Assembly (NCBI RefSeq): GCF_000020385.1
Contig: NC_010814.1
Location: 1,980,001-2,012,000, forward strand
Direction of reading: 5' to 3'
DNA: 32,000 bases
Source: Trichlorobacter lovleyi SZ
GTDB lineage: Bacteria > Desulfobacterota > Desulfuromonadia > Geobacterales > Pseudopelobacteraceae
Both the position numbers and the translations under genes were made by a program. The notes under the pieces are model-generated. The model had not been told where the DNA came from. It worked only from the letters and a program-made list of their open reading frames with translations, and did not search any database. How positions within the stretch are numbered: position 1 is the first letter of the stretch; every line of letters starts with the position of its first letter. Positions 8,641 to 17,421 of the stretch are shown piece by piece.

Positions 8641-10094
8641 AATCACGGATCAAGACAGCAGGCAAGGGCGGCTCAGCCCGCCAGAAGCAGGCAGAAACCG
8701 GTGAGCAGGAAACCTCATCCGGGTTACGCCGTGGTGTGGCAGTTGATCTTCTGATTGAGCGGCTTGATGATGAGGGGATCGGCATTGCCCATTCCCAGGG
8801 CAGGCAGATTCTGGTGGCTGGTGCGCTGCCGCAGGATCGTTGCCTGGCCAGGATCAGCCATCTCGGCAAGACCGTTGTCTTTGCTGATCTGGTCAAGCTG
8901 ATTGACCCCTCTCCGTTGCGGCTGCAGCGTTGTCCCTGTTCAGACGCAGCCCTCTGTCTGGGCTGCCCGTTGATTGCCATGCGCTATGGCGAGCAGTTAC
9001 GCTGGAAACAGGATCTGGTGCAGGCAGCTTTTAATCAGTACCCGTCTCTCAAACATATTGTGGTGCCCCGTCTGCTGACTCCTGAACGTCGTCTAGGGTA
9101 TCGCACCACTGCAAAATTGGCTGTGGCAGGCACCCATGCTGATCCGTATATCGGTATCTATCGCCGTGCCAGCCATGATGTGGTGGACCTTGAGGATTGT
9201 CCGCTGCACCATCCCATGATCAACACCGTGATCAGGGTGGTGCGTGAAGGAATCCGCAAACTGAAGGTGCCGGTGTATCAGGAGAAAAACAAGAGCGGTA
9301 TCCTGCGCTATCTGGTGGTGCGTGTTTCAGAGAGTAGCAATGAGGTCATGGTAACCTTTGTTACTGCCCGACGTGCCTTTAACGAGATTCACCACCTTGC
9401 CCGTTTTCTGCAGGAAAAGGTGCCACAGGTGGCGGTTGTCTGTCAGAACGTCAACAGCAGCGAAGGCAACGTCATTTTCGGTGCCCATGATCACTTTCTG
9501 ACTAGGCAACAGACCATTCAGGAGCGGATAGGGCAGGTGGAGCTGCTGGTCTCTCCCCGCTCTTTTCTGCAGGCGCAGAATGATGGCGCCCGGTTACTCT
9601 ATGAAACCGCCCGCGACTGGGCCGGTCTGGATGGCAGCCAACAGGTACTGGATCTTTATTGCGGCATCGGCGGTATTGCGCTGACCCTTGCCCCTGTTGC
9701 CAGGCAGGTGCTGGGAGTTGAGTTGAACAAGGAGGCAGTGGCTGATGCCAAGCGCAATGCCCGCCTGAATAATGCCAGAAACTGCCGTTTTGAGGCAGGG
9801 GATGTGCTGGAGCTTCTGGATGACCTGCTTGAGGATGAACTGAGGTTTAGCTGCATTGTCCTGAATCCACCCCGTAAAGGTTGTGACAGGGAGGTTCTTG
9901 ATAAGGTGGCAGAATTTGCGCCTGAGCGGATTGTCTATGTATCCTGTTCTCCCCAGACCCTGGCCCGTGATCTGGATATCCTTGCAACAAAAGGTTTTCA
10001 CTGCGAAAAGGTACAACCGGTGGAGATGTTTCCCCAGACGCCCCATGTGGAAAATGTGGCGTTGCTGCTGAGGAAAGAGCTAAAAACCACTTGA
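8637..10094 (+). CDS. RumA/RlmD-family SAM-dependent RNA (uracil-5-)-methyltransferase with TRAM-like N-terminus and Fe-S cysteines
   Basis: C-x5-C-x2-C (CSDAALCLGC) plus a distal CPLHH, as in RumA [4Fe-4S] ligands. SAM motif LDLYCGIGGIAL, and VLNPPRKGC with the catalytic Cys region YVSCSPQTLARD. The ATG at 8637 forms an ATGA overlap with the rlmB stop; the GTG at 8628 is an alternative start. Confidence 0.85.
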   Translation: MKSRIKTAGKGGSARQKQAETGEQETSSGLRRGVAVDLLIERLDDEGIGIAHSQGRQILVAGALPQDRCLARISHLGKTVVFADLVKLIDPSPLRLQRCPCSDAALCLGCPLIAMRYGEQLRWKQDLVQAAFNQYPSLKHIVVPRLLTPERRLGYRTTAKLAVAGTHADPYIGIYRRASHDVVDLEDCPLHHPMINTVIRVVREGIRKLKVPVYQEKNKSGILRYLVVRVSESSNEVMVTFVTARRAFNEIHHLARFLQEKVPQVAVVCQNVNSSEGNVIFGAHDHFLTRQQTIQERIGQVELLVSPRSFLQAQNDGARLLYETARDWAGLDGSQQVLDLYCGIGGIALTLAPVARQVLGVELNKEAVADAKRNARLNNARNCRFEAGDVLELLDDLLEDELRFSCIVLNPPRKGCDREVLDKVAEFAPERIVYVSCSPQTLARDLDILATKGFHCEKVQPVEMFPQTPHVENVALLLRKELKTT

Positions 10095-10120
10095 CATTTT
10101 CCGGAAGAAGCTGCTAATTA
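10091..10120 (+). promoter_or_regulatory. candidate sigma70 promoter for tRNA-Val (and probably the downstream operon)
   Basis: Perfect -35 TTGACA (10091-10096). TG-c-TAATTA (10112-10120) gives an extended -10-like element at 18-nt spacing. The tRNA 5' end lies about 18 nt downstream. Confidence 0.5.
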
Positions 10121-10137
10121 ACAAATTCCCTTGCTGG

Positions 10138-10212
10138 AGGCGCGTAGCTCAGGGGGAGAGCGCTACCCTGACACGGTAGAGGTCGGCGGTTCGAAACCGC
10201 CCGCGCCTACCA
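10138..10212 (+). tRNA. tRNA-Val (anticodon GAC)
   Basis: I folded the cloverleaf by hand. Acceptor AGGCGCG/CGCGCCT; D arm GCTC-AGGGGGA-GAGC; anticodon arm CTACC-CTGACAC-GGTAG (GAC at positions 34-36); T arm GGCGG-TTCGAAA-CCGCC; discriminator A and encoded CCA. Confidence 0.93.
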
Positions 10213-10225
10213 TTGAACTGAGAGC

Positions 10226-10256
10226 GGCATCGGCATTCCCGATGCCTTTTCTGTTT
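10226..10256 (+). terminator. intrinsic terminator-like hairpin between tRNA-Val and thrS
   Basis: GGCATCGG, loop cattc, CCGATGCC (perfect 8-bp stem), followed by TTTTCTGTTT. Confidence 0.7.
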
Positions 10257-10271
10257 AAAGAAAGATACATC

Positions 10272-12182
10272 ATGTCAATGATCCAAGTGACGCTGCCGGA
10301 TAATTCAATACGTGAACTTGCTGATGGTGCTACGGTTGCTGATCTGGCGGCATCCATCGGCGCCGGGCTGGCCAAGGCCGCTTTGGCCGGGCAGGTGAAC
10401 GGTCTGCTGGTTGATCTTTCAACGCCGCTTGCAGATGGTGATAATGTTGCCATTATTACTGAAAAAAGTCCTGAGGCACTTGAGATCATCCGACACTCCA
10501 CCTCACACCTGATGGCGCAGGCTGTTAAGGAGCTCTTTCCGGCAGCCAAGGTGACCATTGGCCCGGCTGTGGAAAACGGCTTCTATTATGATTTTGATGT
10601 TGCCGCGCCCTTTACCCCGGAAGATCTTGAAAAAATTGAGAAGCGGATGGCCGAGCTGGCAGCAGCCGGACAACCGCTCACACGCAAGGTGATGTCTGCT
10701 GCAGAGGCGATCGCTTTTTTTGAGCAGATGGGGGAGCCATACAAGAAGGAGCTGATTGAGGGAATTGGCGCTGAAACGGTCTCAATTTACACGCAGGGGG
10801 AATTCGCTGATCTCTGTCGTGGCCCCCATGTGCCGAACACCAATAAGCTCAAGGCATTCAAGTTGCTTTCCATAGCCGGTGCGTACTGGCGTGGCGATGA
10901 AAAGAACCGGATGCTGCAGCGGATCTATGGCACTGCCTTTGTGGATAAAAAAGAACTTGAGGCGTATCTGCATCGCCTTGAAGAGGCTAAACGCCGTGAC
11001 CACCGCAAACTGGGGCGTGAGCTGGATCTGTTCTCGTTTAATGATGAGGTTGGAGCCGGTTTTGCTATCTGGCATCCCAAGGGGGCTATGCTGCGCACCC
11101 TGCTGGAGGATTTTGAGCGCAAAGAGCACCTGAAGCGCGATTATGATATCGTTGTCGGCCCCCAGATCCTTAAGACGGAGCTCTGGCAGCGTTCCGGTCA
11201 CTACGACAACTATCGCGAGAATATGTATTTTACTGAGGTGGATGAGCAGAGCTTTGGTGTCAAACCGATGAACTGTCTCTCCCACATGATGATTTATAAA
11301 TCCCAGTTGCGCAGCTATCGTGACCTGCCGCAGCGCTACTTTGAGCTGGGCACGGTACACCGTCATGAACGGGCCGGTGTGCTGCACGGCCTGCTGCGGG
11401 TGCGTTGTTTTACCCAGGATGATGCCCATATTCTTTGTACGCCGGAGCAGCTTGACGCCGAGATTAAGGGTGTTCTGAAGTTCGTCTCCGATGTGATGGG
11501 GATTTTCGGGTTTGAGTATGAGATGGAACTCTCAACTCGTCCTGAAAAATCAATCGGCAGTGATGAAGACTGGGAGCGGGCAACCGGTGCATTGCTCGGT
11601 GCGTTGAAGGATACCGGGCGGGATTTTGAGATTAATGAAGGTGATGGCGCCTTCTACGGTCCCAAGATTGACATCAAGCTGCGTGATTGTCTTGACAGAC
11701 GGTGGCAGTGTGCTACTATCCAGTGCGATTTTACCCTGCCCGAGCGGTTCGATCTGACCTATGTTGCCAGTGACGGAGAAAAAAAGCGTCCCGTTATGGT
11801 GCATAGGGTTATCCTCGGTTCAATTGAACGCTTTATTGGCGTATTGATCGAACATTTTGCCGGTAATTTCCCGTTGTGGCTTGCACCAGTGCAGGCTGTT
11901 GTGTTAACGGTCACTGATAATCAGATACCCTATGCTCAAGAGGTGTACAAACAGCTCAGGAGTGCGGGGATTCGTGTGCAGGAAGATCTGCGGAACGAAA
12001 AGCTTAATTTCAAGATTCGTGAAGCACAGTTACAGAAAATACCGTACATGTTGGTAATTGGTGACAAAGAAGTTGAGCAGGGGACGGTCACACCGCGTTT
12101 CCGTGATGGTAAAAACCTGCATGCCATGAAGCCGGATGCATTTATTGCTTTTGTTGAAGCTGAAACAAAGGCCTACAAGTAA
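10272..12182 (+). CDS. thrS: threonine--tRNA ligase
   Basis: 636 aa from the ATG at 10272. TGS domain ([24 protein letters not shown]), editing-domain [11 protein letters not shown], and class II core ([25 protein letters not shown]-like, GAFYGPKID). The upstream part of the listed ORF overlaps the tRNA and is spurious. Confidence 0.95.
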   Translation: MSMIQVTLPDNSIRELADGATVADLAASIGAGLAKAALAGQVNGLLVDLSTPLADGDNVAIITEKSPEALEIIRHSTSHLMAQAVKELFPAAKVTIGPAVENGFYYDFDVAAPFTPEDLEKIEKRMAELAAAGQPLTRKVMSAAEAIAFFEQMGEPYKKELIEGIGAETVSIYTQGEFADLCRGPHVPNTNKLKAFKLLSIAGAYWRGDEKNRMLQRIYGTAFVDKKELEAYLHRLEEAKRRDHRKLGRELDLFSFNDEVGAGFAIWHPKGAMLRTLLEDFERKEHLKRDYDIVVGPQILKTELWQRSGHYDNYRENMYFTEVDEQSFGVKPMNCLSHMMIYKSQLRSYRDLPQRYFELGTVHRHERAGVLHGLLRVRCFTQDDAHILCTPEQLDAEIKGVLKFVSDVMGIFGFEYEMELSTRPEKSIGSDEDWERATGALLGALKDTGRDFEINEGDGAFYGPKIDIKLRDCLDRRWQCATIQCDFTLPERFDLTYVASDGEKKRPVMVHRVILGSIERFIGVLIEHFAGNFPLWLAPVQAVVLTVTDNQIPYAQEVYKQLRSAGIRVQEDLRNEKLNFKIREAQLQKIPYMLVIGDKEVEQGTVTPRFRDGKNLHAMKPDAFIAFVEAETKAYK

Positions 12183-12215
12183 TCTAGTAGTGCCACTCTT
12201 TCAGGAGGTGCCGTC

Positions 12216-12749
12216 ATAGCTGCCCCCACCAAAACCGCAACAGTCAACATCAATCACGCCATCCGCGCTTCAGAAGTGCGTGTTATTGCACATGATGGTG
12301 AACAATTAGGAATTCTGACGCTGCGCGAGGCGCTGGAGGCTGCTGAGGCACGCCAGCTTGATCTGGTTGAGGTGTCGCCTACGGCGACTCCGCCGGTCTG
12401 CCGGATTATGGATTACGGCAAGTTCAAGTATCAGCAGAGCAAAAAACAGCAAGAGGCCAAGAAAAAGCAGGTACAGGTACAGGTCAAGGAAGTCAAGATC
12501 AGACCTAAAACCGATGATCACGACCTTGACTTCAAGGTTAAGCATGTCCGCCGTTTTCTGGAAGAAGGAAACAAAGCCAAGGTTACTCTGGTTTTCCGTG
12601 GTCGTGAAATAACCCATCAGGATATTGGACGGGCGGTGATTGAAAAATTTGCTTCTGAGCTGGCTGACATCGCGGTCATAGAGGTTTCACCGCGGGTTGA
12701 CGGTCGCCAGATGTTCATGATTGTTGCCCCTAAAGTAAAGAAACATTGA
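12216..12749 (+). CDS. infC: translation initiation factor IF-3, with predicted non-canonical ATA start
   Basis: Conserved IF-3 sequence ([23 protein letters not shown]...[15 protein letters not shown]...) begins upstream of the GTG at 12276. Between the in-frame TAA at 12180 and 12276 there is no ATG, GTG, TTG or CTG codon. ATA at 12216 sits 5 nt after AGGAGGTG (12203-12210). Confidence 0.85.
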   Translation: MAAPTKTATVNINHAIRASEVRVIAHDGEQLGILTLREALEAAEARQLDLVEVSPTATPPVCRIMDYGKFKYQQSKKQQEAKKKQVQVQVKEVKIRPKTDDHDLDFKVKHVRRFLEEGNKAKVTLVFRGREITHQDIGRAVIEKFASELADIAVIEVSPRVDGRQMFMIVAPKVKKH

Positions 12750-12798
12750 TTCAGATTTAGTACTACTCACAACGATATACACAAGAAGGAGCAAGTCG

Positions 12799-12996
12799 AT
12801 GCCTAAGATCAAAACCAATCGCGGCGCTGCCAAGCGTTTCAAGAAGACCGGTACCGGCAAGGTAAAACGTGCCCATGCCTTTACCAGCCACATCCTGACA
12901 CACAAGACCAGCAAGCGTAAGCGGAACCTGCGTCAGAGCAACACCGTTGCTGCAGTGGATCAGAAAAATATCTGTGCCTTGATTCCGTACATGTAG
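12799..12996 (+). CDS. rpmI: 50S ribosomal protein L35
   Basis: 65 aa. [45 protein letters not shown] is the classic L35 sequence. AAGGAG lies upstream. Confidence 0.95.
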   Translation: MPKIKTNRGAAKRFKKTGTGKVKRAHAFTSHILTHKTSKRKRNLRQSNTVAAVDQKNICALIPYM

Positions 12997-12999
12997 TTA

Positions 13000-13051
13000 G
13001 AAACAGCTTTTGCTGTTTCGACCCAGAACCGCGAGGAACGGCCCCTTGCGG
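13000..13051 (+). promoter_or_regulatory. two stem-loops in the rpmI-rplT spacer
   Basis: GAAACAGC-tttt-GCTGTTTC (13000-13019) and CCGCGAGG-aacggcc-CCTTGCGG (13029-13051, one G-U pair). Neither is followed by a U-tract. Confidence 0.5.
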
Positions 13052-13082
13052 ATCGGGCAATTCAACCTGAAGGAGCACTAAG

Positions 13083-13436
13083 ATGCCGAGAGCAAAAGGT
13101 GGTTTTAAGTCGCGGCAACGCCGCAACAAGGTTCTGAAGCTTGCCAAGGGATACCGTGGCGCACGGAGTAAGTTGTTCAGAAGCGCAACCGAGGCAGTTG
13201 ACCGGGCGCTGAACTATGCATTCCGTGACCGCCGTGTCAAGAAACGGGACTTCCGTTCTCTGTGGATCATGCGTATCAACGCTGCTTCGCGCCTGAACGG
13301 TCTTTCCTACAGCAAGTTTATTTTTGGCCTCAAAAAGGCGGATGTTCAGATCGATCGCAAGGTTCTTGCTGACATCGCCATCACTGATCCGAAAGGGTTT
13401 GCCGAGATTTCGGCAGTGGCCAAGGCCCAGCTGTAA
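13083..13436 (+). CDS. rplT: 50S ribosomal protein L20
   Basis: 117 aa. [39 protein letters not shown]...[15 protein letters not shown] is the classic L20 sequence. GAAGGAG lies upstream. Confidence 0.95.
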   Translation: MPRAKGGFKSRQRRNKVLKLAKGYRGARSKLFRSATEAVDRALNYAFRDRRVKKRDFRSLWIMRINAASRLNGLSYSKFIFGLKKADVQIDRKVLADIAITDPKGFAEISAVAKAQL

Positions 13437-13456
13437 CGCTGGTTTGTTTGTGGACA

Positions 13457-13495
13457 AAAGGGGATGGGAGTCAGGTACTCCTGTTCCCTTTTTCC
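13457..13495 (+). terminator. intrinsic terminator/attenuator-like hairpin between rplT and pheS
   Basis: AAAAGGGGATGGGAGT-caggt-ACTCCTGTTCCCTTTTT. The stem is imperfect (GGGAGT/ACTCCT including one G-U, plus GGGA/TCCC after a small bulge), flanked by an A-tract and followed by T5. Confidence 0.6.
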
Positions 13496-13535
13496 GTTCT
13501 ACTCAATTTTAAAGTTTCTTAAAGGGACTAACGAT

Positions 13536-14552
13536 ATGCGGGAACAGCTTGAACAGATGCGGCAACAGGCCCTGAGTGCCATTGCAGCAGCGACAACTGA
13601 AGAGATGCTGAATGAAGTCAGGGTCCGTTATCTGGGACGTAAGGGGGAGTTGACCGGTCTGATGAAGGGGCTGGGGTCACTTCCTGCTGATGAACGGCCA
13701 AAGGTCGGCCAACTGGTTAACACGGTCAAGGATGAGGTTGAAGCACTGATTGAGCAGACTATGAATCGTGCCCGCGAAGAGGCTACTGCCAAGCGGCTTG
13801 CCACCGAACGGATTGATATCAGCCTGCCCGGCCGGGGGCGTCGTCAAGGTAGTAAACATCCGGTTACCCTTGTCATAGAAGAGGTAAGTGAAATCTTTGC
13901 CGGTCTTGGCTTTTCTGTTGCAGAGGGGCCTGAGATCGAGCATGACTGGTACAATTTTGAGGCATTGAATTTTCCTCCCGAGCATCCTGCCCGTGACATG
14001 CAGGATACCTTTTTTGTCGAAAATGAGCTGTTGCTGCGGACGCATACCTCGCCGGTACAGATCCGTACCATGTTGAAGCAGAAACCACCGGTACGGATCA
14101 TTGCGCCAGGCACGGTCTATCGTTGTGATTCCGATGCGACCCACTCCCCCATGTTTCATCAGATTGAAGGTCTTATGGTGGATAGCCAGGTTTCCTTCGC
14201 TGATCTGAAGGGGATACTCACCACCTTCACCAATCAGTTGTTTGGTCAGAAAACCGGGGTCAGGCTGCGTCCAAGCTTTTTCCCTTTTACCGAACCCTCA
14301 GCTGAAGTTGATATTGCCTGCGTGATCTGTGGCGGTTCCGGTTGTCGTGTCTGCAAGCAGACCGGGTGGCTGGAAATTCTGGGCGCCGGCATGGTTGACC
14401 CGGAGGTTTTCCGTCATGTGGGCTATGATCCTGAGACTATTTCAGGCTTTGCCTTTGGTATGGGGATTGAGCGGATTGCTATGCTGAAGTACGGCATCAG
14501 TGACATGCGTCTGCTCTTTGAAAATGATGTTAGATTTCTTAAACAGTTTTAG
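13536..14552 (+). CDS. pheS: phenylalanine--tRNA ligase alpha subunit
   Basis: 338 aa from the ATG at 13536. [16 protein letters not shown]...[13 protein letters not shown]...[11 protein letters not shown] aligns with PheS N-termini, and the class II motifs are present ([31 protein letters not shown]). Confidence 0.95.
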   Translation: MREQLEQMRQQALSAIAAATTEEMLNEVRVRYLGRKGELTGLMKGLGSLPADERPKVGQLVNTVKDEVEALIEQTMNRAREEATAKRLATERIDISLPGRGRRQGSKHPVTLVIEEVSEIFAGLGFSVAEGPEIEHDWYNFEALNFPPEHPARDMQDTFFVENELLLRTHTSPVQIRTMLKQKPPVRIIAPGTVYRCDSDATHSPMFHQIEGLMVDSQVSFADLKGILTTFTNQLFGQKTGVRLRPSFFPFTEPSAEVDIACVICGGSGCRVCKQTGWLEILGAGMVDPEVFRHVGYDPETISGFAFGMGIERIAMLKYGISDMRLLFENDVRFLKQF

Positions 14553-14564
14553 TCCGGTGAGACC

Positions 14565-16970
14565 ATGAAAGTTACTTATAACTGGCTGAAAGAGTTTGTT
14601 GATTTTGATTTGTCACCTGTTGAACTGGGACATTTGTTGACCATGCTCGGCCTTGAGGTTGAAGGCATGGAGCAACTGGGTGGCGGTATGGATGAGGTTG
14701 TGGTTGCCCGCGTTCTTGAGAAGAACCAGCATCCCAATGCCGACAAGCTTTCACTCTGCAAGGTTGATAACGGCAAAGAGATACTTTCGGTTGTCTGCGG
14801 TGCCCAGAACTTCAAACAGGGAGATACCGTTGCCCTTGCCCAGATAGGGGCGGTCCTGCCGGGTGATTTCAAGATCAAGCGTTCCAAGATCCGTGGTGAG
14901 GAATCATGCGGTATGCTCTGCTCGGAAAAAGAACTGCATCTGGCGGATGAAAGTGCCGGAATCATGATTCTTTCAGATAACTTGACGCTTGGAACGCCGT
15001 TTTTTGAAGCAATGGGGCTTAAGGATACCATCTTTGAAATCGGCTTGACTCCCAACCGTGCTGACTGTCTCAGTGTGATCGGTATCGCACGTGAAATTGC
15101 CGCTAAACTGGGTAAACGGGTACGGTATCCGTCGATTGTTGTGCCTGAGTATGGTGAGCCGGTTGACAGTAAAGTATCGGTAACTATACAGGATGCAGCA
15201 GGTTGCCCTCGCTACGCGGCCCGTTTTATCTCTGGCTGCAAGATTGCTCCTTCACCGGCCTGGCTGGTTAATCGCTTGAATGCAGTGGGCGTCCGATCCA
15301 TTAACAATGTGGTCGATATCACCAACCTGGTCATGATAGAGCTGGGGCATCCGTTACATGCCTTTGATTATACCCAGGTTGCCGGTGGTCAGATTATTGT
15401 TCGCAGGGCGGGCGAGGGCGAGAAATTCAATACCCTTGATGGTCAGGAACGCACCCTTGCTGTCACCGATCTGGTAATCTGTGATCGTGACCGGGCTGTT
15501 GCTTTGGCTGGTATCATGGGCGGCGAAAACTCCGAAATCATTGATACAACCACTGACATTCTGTTGGAGAGCGCGTTCTTTGATCCGCCAACAATCAGGC
15601 GTACCAGCAAGCGTCTGGGGTTGCATACTGAATCCTCCCACCGTTTTGAGCGTGGTGCAGATCTGGAGATGGTGCCCAAGGCGTTGGACCGCGCTGCCAG
15701 TCTGATGGCACAACTTGCCGGTGGAAGCGTTGCAACCGGTAGAGTTGACAATTTTCCATCGCCCAAGTTACCGACTTCAATAACTTTCCGTCCTGAGCGA
15801 GCCAATGCCTTGTTGGGCCTTGCTTTGCCTGCAGAGCGGATGGCCGAGCTGTTCCGTAATCTTGAGTTCCAGGTTCAGCCGGTTACCAATGGCAGCTTTC
15901 AAGTGACTATTCCCTCGTACCGCATCGATATTGAAAGGGAAATTGACCTGATAGAGGAGATCTGCCGTCTGAACGGTTTTGATCAGGTTGTGGCGACCAT
16001 GCCGGTGGCACAGGTTATTTCTGATCGTCCCTCGCTGCACCAGCGCCTGCGGCGTTCGGTACGCGATCACTTTGTGGCTGAAGGGATGCATGAAATTGTA
16101 TCTTTCAGTTTTATTGCCCCCGAGGCGGCGGACCTCTTGAAGCTCGATGCTGACGATCCGCGTCGCAACAGCATCAAGCTTTGTAATCCTCTGGCGGCAG
16201 AACAATCAGTCATGCGTACAACACTGCTACCCGGGCTCCTGGATACCGCCTCACGTAATATGTGTTTTCGTAGTCTTGATCTGCGCCTGTTTGAGATGCG
16301 TCGTGTCTATCATGCGGTTGCTGGGCAGGAGATGCCCCATGAGCCGGTTTACTGTGCCGGCTTGATCAGCGGGAACAGGGACGTGGAAAGCTGGTGTCAT
16401 CAGGGAGCTGCGGTTGATTTTTATGATGCCAAGGGGATTGTAGAAAATCTGTTTGATCTTCTACAGATCAGAGGTGCTGTCTGGTCAGCTGATACGCCGG
16501 AGACGTTCTATCACCCTGGTAAAGCCTGCCGCATCATGTTTGGTGGCGGAACAATCGGCACTGTTGGTGAAATTCACCCTGAGGTGCTTAAAAATTACGA
16601 AATAGACCGTCCAGTCTACTATTTTGAATTGAATTTTGAAGAGCTGGTGCGGTTGGCCGGCGCACGTAAGGCGATTGTACCCCCTTCACGCTTTCCTGAC
16701 AGTGTCAGAGATCTGGCTCTGTTGGCGCCCCTTGAGCTTGCTTCCTCACAGCTGCTTGACTGTGTCAGGGCCTTAAAGCAGAAAGAACTTGAAGATGTCG
16801 TTATCTTTGATCTCTATCAGGGAGACCGGGTTCCGGCAGGCCACAAGAGTATTGCCTTGCGATTGCGTTACCGCGCGGCTGACAGGACTATGACTGATGA
16901 CGAAGTACAGTTGGTGCATCAGAAGGTTATTAATGCCCTGACCGGCAAACTGGGAGTCTCTGTTCGCTAG
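14565..16970 (+). CDS. pheT: phenylalanine--tRNA ligase beta subunit
   Basis: 801 aa. MKVTYNWLKEFVDF, a tRNA-binding OB domain (HPNADKLSLCKVD), and B3/4, B5 and FDX-ACB regions in the canonical order. Confidence 0.95.
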   Translation: MKVTYNWLKEFVDFDLSPVELGHLLTMLGLEVEGMEQLGGGMDEVVVARVLEKNQHPNADKLSLCKVDNGKEILSVVCGAQNFKQGDTVALAQIGAVLPGDFKIKRSKIRGEESCGMLCSEKELHLADESAGIMILSDNLTLGTPFFEAMGLKDTIFEIGLTPNRADCLSVIGIAREIAAKLGKRVRYPSIVVPEYGEPVDSKVSVTIQDAAGCPRYAARFISGCKIAPSPAWLVNRLNAVGVRSINNVVDITNLVMIELGHPLHAFDYTQVAGGQIIVRRAGEGEKFNTLDGQERTLAVTDLVICDRDRAVALAGIMGGENSEIIDTTTDILLESAFFDPPTIRRTSKRLGLHTESSHRFERGADLEMVPKALDRAASLMAQLAGGSVATGRVDNFPSPKLPTSITFRPERANALLGLALPAERMAELFRNLEFQVQPVTNGSFQVTIPSYRIDIEREIDLIEEICRLNGFDQVVATMPVAQVISDRPSLHQRLRRSVRDHFVAEGMHEIVSFSFIAPEAADLLKLDADDPRRNSIKLCNPLAAEQSVMRTTLLPGLLDTASRNMCFRSLDLRLFEMRRVYHAVAGQEMPHEPVYCAGLISGNRDVESWCHQGAAVDFYDAKGIVENLFDLLQIRGAVWSADTPETFYHPGKACRIMFGGGTIGTVGEIHPEVLKNYEIDRPVYYFELNFEELVRLAGARKAIVPPSRFPDSVRDLALLAPLELASSQLLDCVRALKQKELEDVVIFDLYQGDRVPAGHKSIALRLRYRAADRTMTDDEVQLVHQKVINALTGKLGVSVR

Positions 16971-16991
16971 ATGTTTTTGCTACGAAAAGAC

Positions 16992-17020
16992 TTGCGGAAA
17001 TATCTATAAATGAATATCAT
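16992..17020 (+). promoter_or_regulatory. candidate sigma70 promoter for the small exported-protein gene
   Basis: TTGCGG (16992-16997), 17-nt spacer, TATCAT (17015-17020). Confidence 0.45.
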
Positions 17021-17060
17021 GAACAAAGATTATTTTTATCCCACAAAGGAGTATGCAACA

Positions 17061-17354
17061 ATGAAAAAACTGGTATCTGTAGTACTGATGGCTGCTTTTA
17101 TGTCTGTTTCTTCCCTTGCTTTTGCTGCTGAGCAGAAGATTACCGGTACGATCGAGAAGGTTGAAATGCAAGGCGCTACTGCAACCGTTACCCTGAAGGA
17201 CAGCAAAGGTGCCAAGGTGCAGGTTATCGTAAAAGATCAACTGACCGTGGATAAACTGAAGGACAAGCGTATTGTTGTTGGTGACGAAGTTCGTGTGAAG
17301 TATGACGACGCCAGCAAGGAAAGCAAACTGTTCCGCAAGACAGCCGGTTGCTAA
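17061..17354 (+). CDS. small exported protein of unknown function (beta-rich, Lys-rich, C-terminal Cys)
   Basis: 97 aa from the ATG at 17061, which follows AAAGGAG at 8-nt spacing. Signal peptide MKKLVSVVLMAAFMSVSSLAFA/AEQ. The mature part is about 75 aa and ends ...LFRKTAGC. A strong terminator follows. Confidence 0.7.
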   Translation: MKKLVSVVLMAAFMSVSSLAFAAEQKITGTIEKVEMQGATATVTLKDSKGAKVQVIVKDQLTVDKLKDKRIVVGDEVRVKYDDASKESKLFRKTAGC

Positions 17355-17376
17355 GGTCGCACACCACTGTAAGTAT

Positions 17377-17416
17377 CAGAAAGGGCACGGTAATTACCGT
17401 GCCCTTTCTGCTTTTT
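17377..17416 (+). terminator. intrinsic terminator (perfect palindrome) between convergent genes
   Basis: CAGAAAGGGCACGGTA-at-TACCGTGCCCTTTCTG, followed by CTTTTTG. It sits 22 nt after the plus-strand stop and 5 nt before the minus-strand stop. Confidence 0.85.
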
Positions 17417-17421
17417 GCACA

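Noticed and set aside
10138-10212. tRNA-Val as an integration site for a genomic island
   Set aside because: There is no integrase and no direct repeat of the tRNA 3' end anywhere downstream in the window. The adjacent genes are the universal thrS-pheT block.
10131-10271. N-terminal 47-codon extension of the thrS ORF in the supplied track
   Set aside because: It runs straight through tRNA-Val (10138-10212) and its terminator. The conserved ThrS TGS domain begins at the ATG at 10272.
13464-13535. Phe-containing in-frame extension of pheS ([18 protein letters not shown]...) as a possible pheM-like leader peptide
   Set aside because: It has no stop codon of its own and is fused in frame to pheS. 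Its ATG abuts GGGG with no spacer. The Phe codons are few and not consecutive. The segment overlaps the terminator-like hairpin. PheS homologues align from 13536.
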